Below are positions 26,782 through 39,600 of a stretch of 64,000 nucleotides of DNA, piece after piece. Source of the DNA: Laetmonice hystrix (Eukaryota); the NCBI GenBank assembly GCA_965235115.1, contig OZ249436.1:23128001-23192000 (forward strand), given 5' to 3'. Position 1 is the first letter of the stretch. Each line of letters opens with the position of its first letter. The translations under genes were made by a program, and so were the position numbers. Below the pieces are notes generated by a model, which did no database searches, was not told the DNA's origin, and saw only the letters and a program-made list of their open reading frames with translations.

Positions 26782-27934
26782 ATAGATAGGCGAGGAAGGT
26801 GCCGTGTCAGGGATAGATAGGCGAGGAAGGTGCCGTTTCAGGGATAGATAGGCGAGGAAGGTGCCGTGTCAGGGATAGATAGGCGAGGAAGGTGCCGTGT
26901 CAGGGATAGATAGGCGAGGAAGGTGCCGTGTCAGGGATAGATAGTCGAGGAAGGTGCCGTGTCAGGGATAGATAGGCGAGGAAGGTGCCGTGTCAGGGAT
27001 AGATAGGCGAGGAAGGTGCCGTGTCAGGGATAGATAGGCGAGGAAGGTGCCGTGTCAGGGATAGATAGGCGAGGGAGGTGCCGTGTCAGGGATAGATAGG
27101 CGAGGAAGGTGCCGTGTCAGGGATAGATAGGCGAGGGAGGTGCCGTGTCAGGGATAGATAGGCGAGGAAGGTGCCGTGTCAGGGATAGATAGGCGAGGAA
27201 GGTGCCGTGTCAGGGATAGATAGGCGAGGGAGGTGCCGTGTCAGGGATAGATAGGCGAGGAAGGTGCCGTGTCAGGGATAGATAGGCGAGGAAGGTGCCG
27301 TGTCAGGGATAGATAGGCGAGGAAGGTGCCGTGTCAGGGATAGATAGGCGAGGGAGGTGCCGTGTCAGGGATAGATAGGCGAGGAAGGTGCCGTGTCAGG
27401 GATAGATAGGCGAGGAAGGTGCCGTGTCAGGGATAGATAGGCGAGGAAGGTGCCGTGTCAGGGATAGATAGGCGAGGAAGGTGCCGTGTCAGGGATAGAT
27501 AGGCGAGGGAGGTGCCGTGTCAGGGATAGATAGGCGAGGAAGGTGCCGTGTCAGGGATAGATAGGCGAGGGAGGTGCCGTGTCAGGGATAGATAGGCGAG
27601 GAAGGTGCCGTGTCAGGGATAGATAGGCGAGGAAGGTGCCGTGTCAGGGATAGATAGGCGAGGGAGGTGCCGTGTCAGGGATAGATAGGCGAGGAAGGTG
27701 CCGTGTCAGGGATAGATAGGCGAGGAAGGTGCCGTGTCAGGGATTAGGCGAGGAAGGTGCCGTGTCAGGGATAGATAGGCGAGGAAGGTGCCGTGTCAGG
27801 GATAGATAGGCGAGGAAGGTGCCGTGTCAGGGATAGATAGGCGAGGAAGGTGCCGTGTCAGGGATAGATAGTCGAGGAAGGTGCCGTGTCAGGGATAGAT
27901 AGGCGAGGGAGGTGCCGTGTCAGGGATAGATAGG
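26782..27934. repeat. 31-bp minisatellite, ~37 near-identical copies
   Basis: Unit GATAGATAGGCGAGG(A/G)AGGTGCCGTGTCAGG, with no spacers. Confidence 0.98.
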
Positions 27935-28500
27935 TAAGATGGATGCAGGCTTCCAAGGCTCCTACATGGAAAAGTGGTCAGGGTTTCATCTCGTCAATAA
28001 TTCCCGTCAGGCGACAAGCATTGACATTCCATCGTGCCCTCCTGCACATGGAGCTTCATCATCACAGATAATTGTGACCATCGCTCGGAATGAAAGGCGA
28101 TCGATTTTACTCCGGGGTGGTGAAGGACAAGGAAGGCCGGTGGTTATGGACAACACACGTGGACTCACACACCGTAGGCACTACATCAACGAGTGCCACC
28201 CTCTCAAATTAAAGACTAACGACGGGACAGGAATAAAATAATACACATATAGTTTTACAGGTTGAATACGTGAGTAATGATATGGCATAAGAAGCATGCA
28301 GTTGCCCTTCTCGTAGCATTGCCTGGCGTCGGCAGCGTTCCGAATCTCCCCTCTCGTAAAATGATCAGAGATCGTTAATCCCACTCTGATCTATTTTATC
28401 GATGACTTTCTCCGCCGCCCCACGTCTCCACTTAATCTGATTTGTTCGAGGCGAAACGATGTGCAAATGGATGGCATTTGCGATTCTCGGCACCTCGCAC

Positions 28501-28763
28501 CCGTCAGAGTTAAGTCTATTTCGTTCGGCATTGCTGAATTCATAACCGCAAGCATTGGTCCGCCCACTGTGGCCTAACTTGATTTCCCACGCCCACCCCT
28601 GCCCGGCCGCTGTGATTTGAAGGACAGCTGATTACTGCTGCCGAGTGACAATCCCTATCTGCCCACCATTTCCATGATAACTCAATTAGTGGCCCGGCTC
28701 ATATGCACAAACACTGGTGCCTGATTTAATCAGTCAACGTGATAAGTGACTTTTGTAAGCTCA
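28501..28763. promoter_or_regulatory. Putative conserved non-coding element, copy B (paralog of 5196-5466)
   Basis: Same two blocks in the same orientation; block offsets differ by only 8 bp. Confidence 0.5.
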
Positions 28764-30874
28764 ACCCTTTATAATCTTGCGCACATTGCATTTCTTTCCG
28801 TGTACGTGTGGATCCCGTTGTAATCTCGTAGCCATTCCACGAAGGGTTGATGAGATCCAACTTGATTTAGAGAAAGATGCCGGATGACGCAAAGTGTTCC
28901 CATTGGCGGAGAATGAGAAGTTTCTGTCAACGTTACAAAGAGCGACCATTATACTTTTGTTCCCAGTGCCAGCGCAGTCTGGTTTCACGTAGGGATTCGC
29001 CCATCGGCAGGGTGAGAGAAGGTGCTGGTCCGGAGGGGGGGGGGGGGGGAGCCCCCAATTTGCCCAATATTTTTTGTTTTTTGTTTGTGTGTGTGCGCTT
29101 GTTGCCCACAGCCCCCTCCCGATTTGCAGCGCCTACGACGTTGGTTATTTCCAGCACCCCCTGATCCAGTTTCTGGGTACGCCACTGCGTCAGATGGGGG
29201 GTAATAAACAGTTCTAGCCATAATTATGCTGCCATTAAAATTTCCCACTCTTGACCGTGTCGATGATATTAATTTTCTCTAATCAGACTGACCCAAAAGC
29301 GTACAACCTGGTATACATTGGGGTACAATCACGAATAGATCCGCGGACAATTTTAAATAAAGATATCCGATAGCCTATAATTTACAGTTCTTTTTTATTT
29401 GCCTCTGTATATATGCACTCATTTTAAAGGGCTAGAAAATAGGTCAAAGATTCTTTAATAATTATAATGTTGAACATTAATGACGAGTTAGTTATGGGGT
29501 AGGCCAACTATGACCTATACGAGATGAAAGGAGGGTTATGGCAAGCCAACAAACACTATCAGTGTGACCAGGAAGGCGTGGTCCCAAGACTATAGCTCTC
29601 ACGGATAATTGCCCGGCAAGGACATTAATTGACTAGTGCAGCAGCCCATTCTAGTGGTCACGACTCTCCCCCTTCCCCCTTTGGCGTCAGCTTTTCTATC
29701 TTTTTCATTTAGAGCTTTCTGAATGGGCCAATTTTGAACCTCCTTTGCCAGATTTCTTCATTAGAACCCGTTTAAAAAAGCCAGGATCTATCTACATGAT
29801 GCTTGTTTGCTAGTCTAAATAGAAAGTCTGTGTCATCAACAACGACTGAAGCAATTACCTCGGGCACTGGTGTCCCGGTGGCGGGTCCCACGCCTCACCT
29901 TCACATCCTTAACAAAAGCTGCTGCTGTGTTTGACATAAAATCAATGAGCGCCGATATTGGTGTTCCACACCGCACTGGCCTCTCTGCCGGTGTCTGCCT
30001 GTGTCACGCTCAATCTCGGCGAGCATCGTGTCCCCGCAGCAGGAGAACTCGTGGCGTTTCGCGTGTTGAGCATCCTGTGTGGTGTGTGTGGCATGTCCGG
30101 CCCCAGCACGTCTCGCGAGCACGTGACGTCAGGGCATAGCACAGCACGGTACCAAGCGGCCACACAGGGACCAGCGGAAACACTTCGGCTGAAACCCCCT
30201 CCGCTCTAACACACAGCCGTCTCGTGCTTTTTTACTTGGAGGTTTGAAACTAGCTCTGCCCGTGTCAAAGAGGGTGGTCGATTCATTGTTCGGTTGCCAA
30301 ACGCATGTCACGCCCTCTGCAGTAGCCAAGATGAAACACTTGTGTAAATGGTTCCCAGCATGTCGCCAACCAAGACCACCTGCAGGGTCGCATCGACTGG
30401 CGGCGAAAATTAATTCTGACTTAAGTTTTGGGAAGGACCTGTAAGGCCGATGCAGGCGGTTGACATTATGTACTCGAGATGTGGCCACATCTGGACGGGA
30501 TAGAGATTGTCAGTGCGAGGGTGGTCAGATTTGCCAGCCTCCTCATGCAGGGCTTTGTCCGGACGGGGGCGAAAATTGTCCTAGTACTTTGAATAGAAAG
30601 TCGCCACGATGTGTGACTGACACGTACATGACCGCCGGGTATCAAATGGACCTAGCATTGAAATAGGATCGGTGGAGGCGGAGGTACATTCACGCCTGTA
30701 TAAAACGAGGTCCCCCTGTTTGGAAGAATAATGTCAACAAGGAAGGAGCTACAGTAAGCATTCCCGCGCCCCGACGATGCCCTGCTTATAAATGTTCTGT
30801 ATATAAATGTATGTATGAGGTTGATGTTTGATGTTCGTGTTCATCTTCTTTATCCAGCAGGGGCGCATGATCAG

Positions 30875-31021
30875 GCCCCGGTTTCAGAAAGGCTCAGCAA
30901 ACTATAACTAGTATAAGCTAAGCAGAGATACGCCGTAGCCCAGGGACAAACGTGTCGGTGTCCTCGTGGGCCACCGTAGCCCTGCGTAGCTTAAAACTTG
31001 TTGCCTTTCTGAAACCGGGGC
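30875..31021. mobile_element. Harbinger-like MITE with 3-bp CAG TSD
   Basis: TIRs GCCCCGGTTTCAGAAAGGC and GCCTTTCTGAAACCGGGGC. CAG at 30872-30874 and 31022-31024. Confidence 0.85.
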
Positions 31022-31872
31022 CAGAACGATTGGGCGAAGACCATCTGTTGAGAATAAAATACAATGTATATACATCGACTTTAACAAAACCTTCTGATCG
31101 ATTACAACTATCACATCAGTACTATAAAGTCTATAAAGTCGGGCATGGTCGCACCACCAGTCGCACATGATCGCAAGTCAAGCAGTCGCACGATTGGATG
31201 GGCAGAGGGACTCGCCCCACTACCCCTCCGCCACACCTGACTTTTTACGGGCAAAATCGGGCCCCTACGCGTTTAACTCCGTTTTTGCAAAGTCGGCCGT
31301 CCTGTATGGTATCTGTAAAATTCAACGTACCTCTAAATCCCAAAACCGAGATAATACCAAGTGACATTCATCGTACAAGAGAAATACCTGATGAAATATT
31401 AGGAACTACATTTGCGGAGGGAGATCAGCTATATAGTCGCAAGTCGTCCAATTTCGGGCTGATTTGAAATACTTCGGGTATTTCCGAGTACTTCCGTTCA
31501 ACATATGATTTCTCCGAAGATTTATATGTTTGTGTGGCATCATATTCTGACAGTCTGCGCCGTAAAAGTAAACAACAAGAGTGCCTCAGCAAAATCGAGC
31601 AGCCACGATTCGAGCTCGGCAATTTTCGGCTGTCCCGGTCGGGGATTTCTAGGTTAGGTCAGGGGTCACTCAAACGGCAGTACCCAGCAAGATCTAGAAA
31701 TCGTACGATCCGGTGTGACTGAGGCTTTAAAGTTTACTGTCCACTGTATGCGGAACGGGAAATGCGTTTTATTACTATTTACCTGCCCGATCTAACCAAA
31801 TCGAGCGAAATGTCACATTAAACTTACCATCTAATCTTTGAATGTCCAATGTCTTTGATAGGCTGTCCCATA

Positions 31873-33384
31873 CACTGTTAGAAAAATTCCGTTAAATTTA
31901 CGGAAAATGTCTGGCAACAAAGGAACAGGATATTTTCCGTAAAAATAACGAGTTCCGTAATATTGTTTCCGTAAACTGGCAACGGAATATCCGTAAAATT
32001 TACAGAGATTTTCCGTGATTCTAATGGATACTTCCCTGAATTCGGTTATATTTACCGAAGGTCAGCGAGAGGGCAAACATCTATAGATAAAGTTTCAAGC
32101 CGTAAGGTGATTCCAAACAGGTCCATTCTTATAAAAGTTCAAACGTCTGCACGTCTGTGAAATCATCGAATGTCCAGACCAATGCATAAATGCCGTCATC
32201 TAGCCTCTAAAATGGTGTTTTCAGAAGCTGTTGATTAATGACACTTCATAATTAGGCCCCAATTTGACATTCCACTCTATACCCTACGACAAGGACTGTA
32301 TCAATATTATTATTATTATATCGGATGGATAAAAAACGCCCCGAACTTTAAACTTTAATATTTCAAGAACTATGCATTATAATTCAATAAAATTTCTCTC
32401 AATATCACTTCATGATATTATCTCTGGTATGTTAAAGTTTCACCTCAATAGTTTTGATATTAATCCCGTGGCGCTAAAAACAAAAATCAGTGTCTAAAAA
32501 CGCAATGCCGGAATTAGGTCAAATATCATGCAGCAGGTGTCCAATTTGATACCTGCTTGATGCACCGCGTTGTAACTTGGGTAAAAACATTTTCAATATT
32601 TAGTTTTTGCATGTTTTACAATATGTATAATGTTGTGGACCACTAGATATAATAAATTATGTGCTATTCCTAGTACTTCTAGAGAAAAACAGATGTTTAA
32701 TGTGCCAAACCCTACAGAGAAACTGCAACATTAGGACGATATGACTGTAACCAGAAGTTCAAGGGAAATCGTATCATTATCACGTTTAGCAACACATTCA
32801 GAACGTTGCATATTTCCCAATGTTGGGAAGATATTTCCCTATCAGAGATCAGGAAGTGCATTGGCTCATGGAAAAAGAGACTGAGAGCAGTATGAAGTGA
32901 AAACGGGGGACCGATTGACCACCTACTCGAGTGTGAGGTCAGGCACTCTGGGTGCAACTACACGTCGCTTTAGCACGGCATTGCGCTTTTGTACAATGAT
33001 TTTGTTTGTAGCCCCACGGAAATATTATCCAAGCTATTGACTTGTAACATCGACAACTAAGAGACAACATCATGAAGTGATATGAAGAAAAATTTCATTG
33101 AATAACAATCATTACTTTTTGAAATATTGAAGTTTAAAGTTCGGGGCGTTTTTTTATCCACCCGATATGACCGTGGTCGCATTAGCTGGCTTTCATAAAT
33201 AGGCCCTGCTATGACACGTCAGGATAGAGAGTTAACTCGTGCTTAGTGAATCCATGACCCGCCATCTTGTCATTGTTTACTGAACACGAACATTTTACGG
33301 AAATTCTCCGTATTTCAAATAAACGGTAATTTTCCGTGCAAGAATACGGAAAATTTCCGTAAAAACTACGTTTTTTTTACAGTG
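31873..33384. mobile_element. CAC-terminated MITE with TA TSD, hosting a mariner derivative
   Basis: TA|CACTGTTAGAAAA ... TTTTTTTACAGTG|TA. Subterminal TTCCGTAA/TTACGGAA motifs at both ends. Confidence 0.75.
32321..33165 (+). mobile_element. Tc1/mariner-superfamily internal-deletion derivative
   Basis: TA TSD. TIRs TCGGATGGATAAAAAACGCCCCGAACTTTAAACT and AGTTTAAAGTTCGGGGCGTTTTTTTATCCACCCGA. Transposase C-terminal remnant ISQCWEDISLSEIRKCIGSWKKRLRAV*SENGGPIDHLL at ~32812-32928. Confidence 0.9.
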
Positions 33385-33810
33385 TACATGGTTCATTTTA
33401 TGGGCATCCATGTGACTTTCATCACTAGAATCAAAAAGTAAAGGGCACTCCCGGAAGATTTCTAATTTTTCTATCACTTCCTCACTCACCATTAATAATA
33501 CCACGTGGCATCCTGACTGCATACCAGAGCGTGGCTATATCATAGTAGGCCTATATGTGCACGTCGTATACTGAACCACGTTTTCTGGAACACAAACAGC
33601 GTGTTTTGACAAAAAACCCTTTTGTTGTTACGTCACATAGGCTATACCGTAGCGGTATTTATTCCGTCAGGTAGCCTATAGATCGCTACAAGGAGCGATC
33701 AAACATTGTACGAAATGTTTAGCATGTTACACATAGTCATTGACACTAATTTGTTTGTCTAATTAATCATAGATTTCATACTCGAAATTGCAGGCAAAGT
33801 CTTCTATTAT

Positions 33811-36670
33811 AGGAATAGTGAACGGTTTAGGATGCGTTAGCGGTGAGATAGGGCACGACGGCCGAGGAGGCCCAGGCTGGCGCAGCCAGCCGGGGGCCTC
33901 CGAGGCCGAGTGCCCTATCTCACCGCTAACGCATCCTAAACCGTTCACTATTCCTGTTTTAGCACACGCCTGGCTGCTCCCAGCGTGTGTTATAGGCCCA
34001 AAACCGTGAAATTATTAGAGCCATAATTCACGGGTATGACGCGTCATGAATTGACCAATCGGAGAGGGTGCTCATTCGAATTCATTGTGTTTGCCTGTCC
34101 TCGCTTCAAGGTTGTCAATAGGTAGAACTAGCAACTAATGGAGTGTTAATGGCTGAGACTTCGCAGTTGTTATAGAATTACGAGAGGAAACCCGTCTGTA
34201 TAGTTCAGTTGGGTCAATTCGATTCGATATGCCCACAGCGAACTCTGTTTACATCGTTTAAATGACGCGCCGAGTCCATTTGCCTAGTAGAGGGGATGGC
34301 GCTATTGCTGAATGCATGGCCTTAATGTTCCGTCCAATCAGAAAGCTCCTTTTATAGGCTCGCTAAGTCAATGAAAGTCACGTGATAACGATCGACCAAT
34401 AATGAAGCGTGGTACAAATCGGCCGGTTCAAAGGTCATTGTGGGAGGCCCCCCCCCGACCTCAGAATGTAAACAAGATGTGGTGGCCACAGTTGCTGAAT
34501 GAAATCGCCGGTAAAAGCTCAACTGGGTGTAGTTTTGGCACTGTTTGAATTGTTTATAGTTATAGGTTGTGTGCTAAAGTAAATAAAGCACTGCCAGAGC
34601 CAGTCTCGACGTTGTTCTGGCGATATAATGCACTCGCCTTCGGCTCGTGCATTATTTCGCCATAACAACGTCTCGACTGGCTCTGACAGTGTTTTATCCA
34701 CTAATTAGCACACGCCTGGCTGCTCCCAGCGTGTGTTATAGGCCCAAAACCGTGAAATTATTAGAGCCATAATTCACGGGTATGACGCGTCATGAATTGA
34801 CCAATCGGAGAGGGTGCTCATTCGAATTCATTGTGTTTGCCTGTCCTCGCTTCCAGGTTGTCAATAGGTAGAACTAGCAACTAATGGAGTGTTAATGGCT
34901 GAGACTTCGCAGTTGTTATAGAATTACGAGAAGAAACCCGTCTGTATAGTTCAGTTGGGTCGTTTCGATTCGATATGCCCACAGCGAACTCTGTTTACAT
35001 CGTTTAAATGACGCGCCGAGTCCATTTGCCTAGTAGAGGGGATGGCGCTATTGCTGAATACGCGCTAAGTCAATGAAAGTCACGTGATAACGATCGACCA
35101 ATAGTGAAGCGTGGTACAAATCGGCCGGTTCAAAGGTCATTGTGGAAGGCCCCCCGACCTCAGAATGTAAACAAGATGTGGTGGCCACAGTTGCTGAATG
35201 AAATCGCCGGTAAAAGCTCAACTGGGTGTAGTTTTGGCACTGTTTGAATTGTTTATAGTTATAGGTTGTGTGCTAAAGTAAATAAAGCACTGCCAGAGCC
35301 GGGTAGAATGCACTTTAAGGGTCGCTGGTCCCGCCAAAACTTGCATCACGTCATACGTTCCATAGGAATTTTTCTTGGCAACAAGCCCCGCCCCTTGTCC
35401 TGTCCGACGATCCTCGATTCGACTTTTCTAACCAGATTTTATCACATTTATACTACAGCCAATGCAACCAAATTCTACCTGCATGATTCTTAGACACTAC
35501 TTTACTAACCTACTATTTCACATCAATCGTAAACATCCTAATTTCGTATGTTGAACATGCATTTCCACTGCTGAGAAAGACGTTGCGGCTAAATCCAAGA
35601 TGGCGTTTAAAAAAAATCATAATATTCCTACGCCAGATTAGGAACTATATCTTAATAGTATGGTTGATAGGAGGGGGTGTGGGGGATTTCCCCCACCCAG
35701 ATACTGCAATCATTCTCAATAAAGGGGGTGTGGGGGAATTCCCCCACACAGTTAGATGCAATCATTCCCTGATCGTTAATAAAGGGGGTGTGGGGGATTT
35801 CCCCCACACAATTATTCTCTGATCGTTAATAAAGCCTAGCCCTAGCCTAGGGGGTGTGGGGGATTTCCCCCACCATACCTAATGCAAACTTTAACACAAT
35901 ACATCCTCGTCCATGCACTGTCTACATTCTATTTCTAGTGTCTGTAGGTGTAGGCCTTGGCTCTATTGCTCAACTAGATCGTCTATAATATAGCGCTAGA
36001 TCTAGTATACCGAGTATTGGCCTAGTCTAAACATAGGTCCTAAGCTAAGCTAGCCTAAGGCTAAGCCAGGCTAAGCCAAAGCTAAGTGTGTCAGACAACC
36101 CTATTTTACATTTTGCTTGTCGATCCACCAAATTAAATATACTTTTATGTAGGTCTTTCTGGGTTAAGTAGATACGTTTCGTTTGTGACGTCATTAAAAT
36201 AGAGTTTAGACCAAGCATACAAGTCGCTCGGTTCATGCACACAGACAGTGGGCCACAGACAGAGTCTAACAAGTGCTGCAAGTAGTTCCGGCAGGCCTTG
36301 TTCTCACCTCATATTTTCAGCAGCAGAGAAAAGCTTCCACATGCAATGTACGTACTATTGATTCAAATCCAGGTTAATACTACGTATTAACCATACTTTC
36401 ACACGAGGAATTCAAAAATGACCTCAAAAATGTCCTAAAATGCCTCTGGAATATTTTGACTTGCCACCTGGCGGCCTTCATATATATATGGCCTTGACAA
36501 CCAGCGAACGTTCTTCTTTAGCGCCAAAAAGTAGCGACCCTTAAAGTGCATTAGTTCCCCAGAGCCAGTCTCGACGTTGTTCTGGCGATATAATGCACTC
36601 GCCTTCGGCTCGTGCATTATTTCGCCATAACAACGTCTCGACTGGCTCTGACAGTGCTTTATCCACTAAA
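33811..36670. mobile_element. Hairpin-bounded non-coding element in tandem duplicate (Crypton-like non-autonomous, tentative)
   Basis: Hairpin A has perfect 46-bp arms (33811-33856 and 33910-33955). It is followed by a ~620-bp spacer, hairpin B (~34582-34697), a second spacer copy (34705-35281) and a second hairpin B interrupted by an insertion. Confidence 0.65.
35301..36558. mobile_element. Merlin-like non-autonomous DNA transposon with 8-bp TSD
   Basis: TSD CCAGAGCC at 35293-35300 and 36559-36566. 26-bp imperfect GG-initiated TIRs (GGGTAGAATGCACTTTAAGGGTCGCT; reverse complement of right end GGAACTAATGCACTTTAAGGGTCGCT). Empty site visible in the upstream hairpin B. Confidence 0.8.
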
Positions 36671-39600
36671 TGAAATGGCCTCACACTTCCGAAGCATGAA
36701 TGACCTAATTCCCCACTGCAACTGCAAGATCCTTCCTTTTTAGTTAATGCCAAAACGTCACAATTGTCACAATTAAACGTCACAATTGTGACGTCACTGA
36801 TGACGCTGTTTTCGCTTTGTTTAGTCATGGAGCGACACAATGGCATTATCCATTGTCAAGTTTACGTTCGATTCCGTGATCTATCGGTAGGATAGATCAC
36901 GTTACTATGGTGAAACGTAATTACGTATGCATGGCCCGGGCCGCTACATTTATGTACGCTGGCCGGAACATGTGTTTTCGTTTGTGACGTTGCGGGACCG
37001 GATAGTGCACGGCCAGCCATTTTATAATATCGAAAAACGGATAATCTACAGTACTGTGTCAATAACTAGGCACACCAATGCCATTTCGCCAAGTACTGTG
37101 TCAATAAGCTGCAAGAAAAGTTATTGACACAGTGCCAATAGGAAAGTGTGTTACATCCCCTCATAATGATATGTGGTTTTATAATTAGCCTACAGTACTG
37201 TGTCAATAACGAGTAGGCCTAATAGGTCTACTATTCATAACAAAGGTCATATGCGTTGTCTATTTCAGGGCTAGACACAAGTTGTGAAATGGGGGGGGGG
37301 GGGGGGGATAAAATGAGGGAGAAAAGAGAAAAATATCAAGGTAAATGGATATCTATTGATATTATTATAGTAAGTGTCTACTGACAAGAGTTCGGTGTTA
37401 GTCGTAAGCAATTTGCTGCAACCGTGTCAAAGACATTGAAATTAATCAGTAGGCTATGTTTATTCCAGCATTTTAACTAAGCATTTAAGTTAATTAAAGT
37501 TAACCGTGAGATGACTTAAACTTCTAATCAGCAGAGGTATGAAACGTTTAATTGCAGACAGTTGTTATGACAAGTACTGCTTGATATTTATGGGGAATGC
37601 CAGATTACACCACACAAATCAGATTGGGTCAGCCGATTAGGATAATACTAATGATAAAGAGATAAGACCTCATTCTGATATTCACGTATACATGAACGGT
37701 TTATTTTGTGAATACCTCATGTAATATTATTCGCTCTTAAATATAAGCAGACGAAACTGCCATTTCGGTGGAACTGTCTTTGCAGCAGGCGCATGATGAT
37801 GTCACTAAGTAATTATACGTCACTTTGTTCGAGATATCCTGTAGTTCGTAAATAAGCATTATTGGGGAGTGCTCTCAAATGGTAGAGTCGGGGATGGTCA
37901 CTAGGAAGTATAAGTCCAACGAAGAGGTAGTGTGTTTCTTGATATTCTCCAAGAGTTGACTCTGACTCTGACTAACTGTCCGGCCTCAAGCACGGACCTT
38001 TTTTATTATGGCTCACAATCAGGTTGGACGGAAATGGTTTAATTAAAATACAACATAGTCAGACAGAATGTCTGCATCTCTTTACAATTACAATAGCTGA
38101 AGGAAAGGGTAACATATGGGAGGATTACAAATACAATAGATGGTAGGATTACATTGTTTACATTGGGGTTAAGGTTAGGATATTGACCGCCTTTGTGGTC
38201 GGCCCTTGGCTTGACTGTATGTAAAATATTAAACTAAACATCTGTTTCAGGACATGAAAGGAAATACAGGAAAACATGGACGTTGGGATGACATTAAGTA
38301 TAGGCGTCTGAAGATTCTACATTATGTATAACATAACAATTAGTTGGTTAATCAATGACTTGAAACAGAAAGTTGGGTGTTGCTTCGAATCATAGGTCGT
38401 CATCACCAGCATGTTTAGCCTTGACCCAGCAGCTGAGCCAGGCTTTGGTCATACTCCTTGTCTTCCGGAAAAACTTTCTCGCCGATTTTTTTTTCACACA
38501 GAAGTAGTGGCTCAAGTCGGTGAACTGCCGTGACGTCATGGGTAAGAATATATAGAATCCCCCACGGCCGTATCACTCCCACACCATAGCGTTACGAAAA
38601 CGGAAGTCCTTGCACCGGACTATTCGGCAGCCTGCTGACTTGTGCCGAAGTGGTCACAACACTCGAGGCAAATTGCCCTCGCCATGTAGGTTCGATTGGT
38701 TTCGGTTACCCTCGGCTCACAGAAAAATGACTGGTCACAAATTCTTGAAAGAGTCTAACAAAATGGCGGGTCATTGATTTCAGGCGTCGTTAGGTGGCAG
38801 CACAAGACCGAGACAGAAATGTCGACTTTACCATTGGCAGGGACTGGTAGGTTCGCTAGGCAATCTTTTAAAGGTGTGGTCCAATGAAATTAGGGAAATC
38901 ACGAAAACATGTACTTCACTCCCCAAAAGAAAACGCACAACCGTAAGCTTGGTGTCCACTTCTCGCCCGTCACCCAGTCGTGGTTGATCCATCACCATAT
39001 CACAGTCCTGAAAGACTATAACATTTATACCCAATTTAGGGTAAAAGGGAATTTTCTATAGGCCTATATATTGAGCAAAACATAGATGGTACTAAGAGGC
39101 TTCAAAAGGTCATAAGAGTACTGGCTGCAATATCTTCTGCGTTTAACAAATATGTCATGACTTCTGCCCACAGATAATATATTAATGTTGTTATATTGAT
39201 TGCGTCCAGTAAACTGCTAGTCTCGCTTAGCCTTGGCATACCCATTTTAATACATTGCTGAAACTCGGGAAAAAAACCTGCAATATTTGGAGCCTACAGT
39301 ACACGGAAAGTTAAGGCATGCAGTACCCTCACCTCTCTCTCTGGTGGACACACCAACCAAGCAGACTTCTTCGTACTGTCAAGTTTTCAGCAGCGTCTGT
39401 TTCCACACTACGACCGAACGTGGAGACCCAAGTCTCGCCTTTCCCTAGACACTAATACGGTGTTGCTAATTGCTTTATATCCCCCTCGAGGTCGAGGACC
39501 ACAGAAACGGTGTGCACATACACCCAACGTTCTGCTAGGATAAAAACAAAGTTACACTGAAATTAAAATTACTCAAGTACTACAGGTCTTAGGTAAAGAT

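Noticed and set aside
26782..27934. CRISPR-like array (31-bp repeats)
   Set aside because: Head-to-tail units with no unique spacers, no cas genes, and a eukaryotic context.
27985..27999. 15-bp inverted match to 42790-42804 and a recurring CTCGTCAATA word
   Set aside because: A few 15-mer matches are expected by chance in a 64-kb self-comparison, and there is no flanking homology.
38828..39034. 68-aa ORF with possible flanking splice signals
   Set aside because: No recognisable motif or neighbouring exons; insufficient support.
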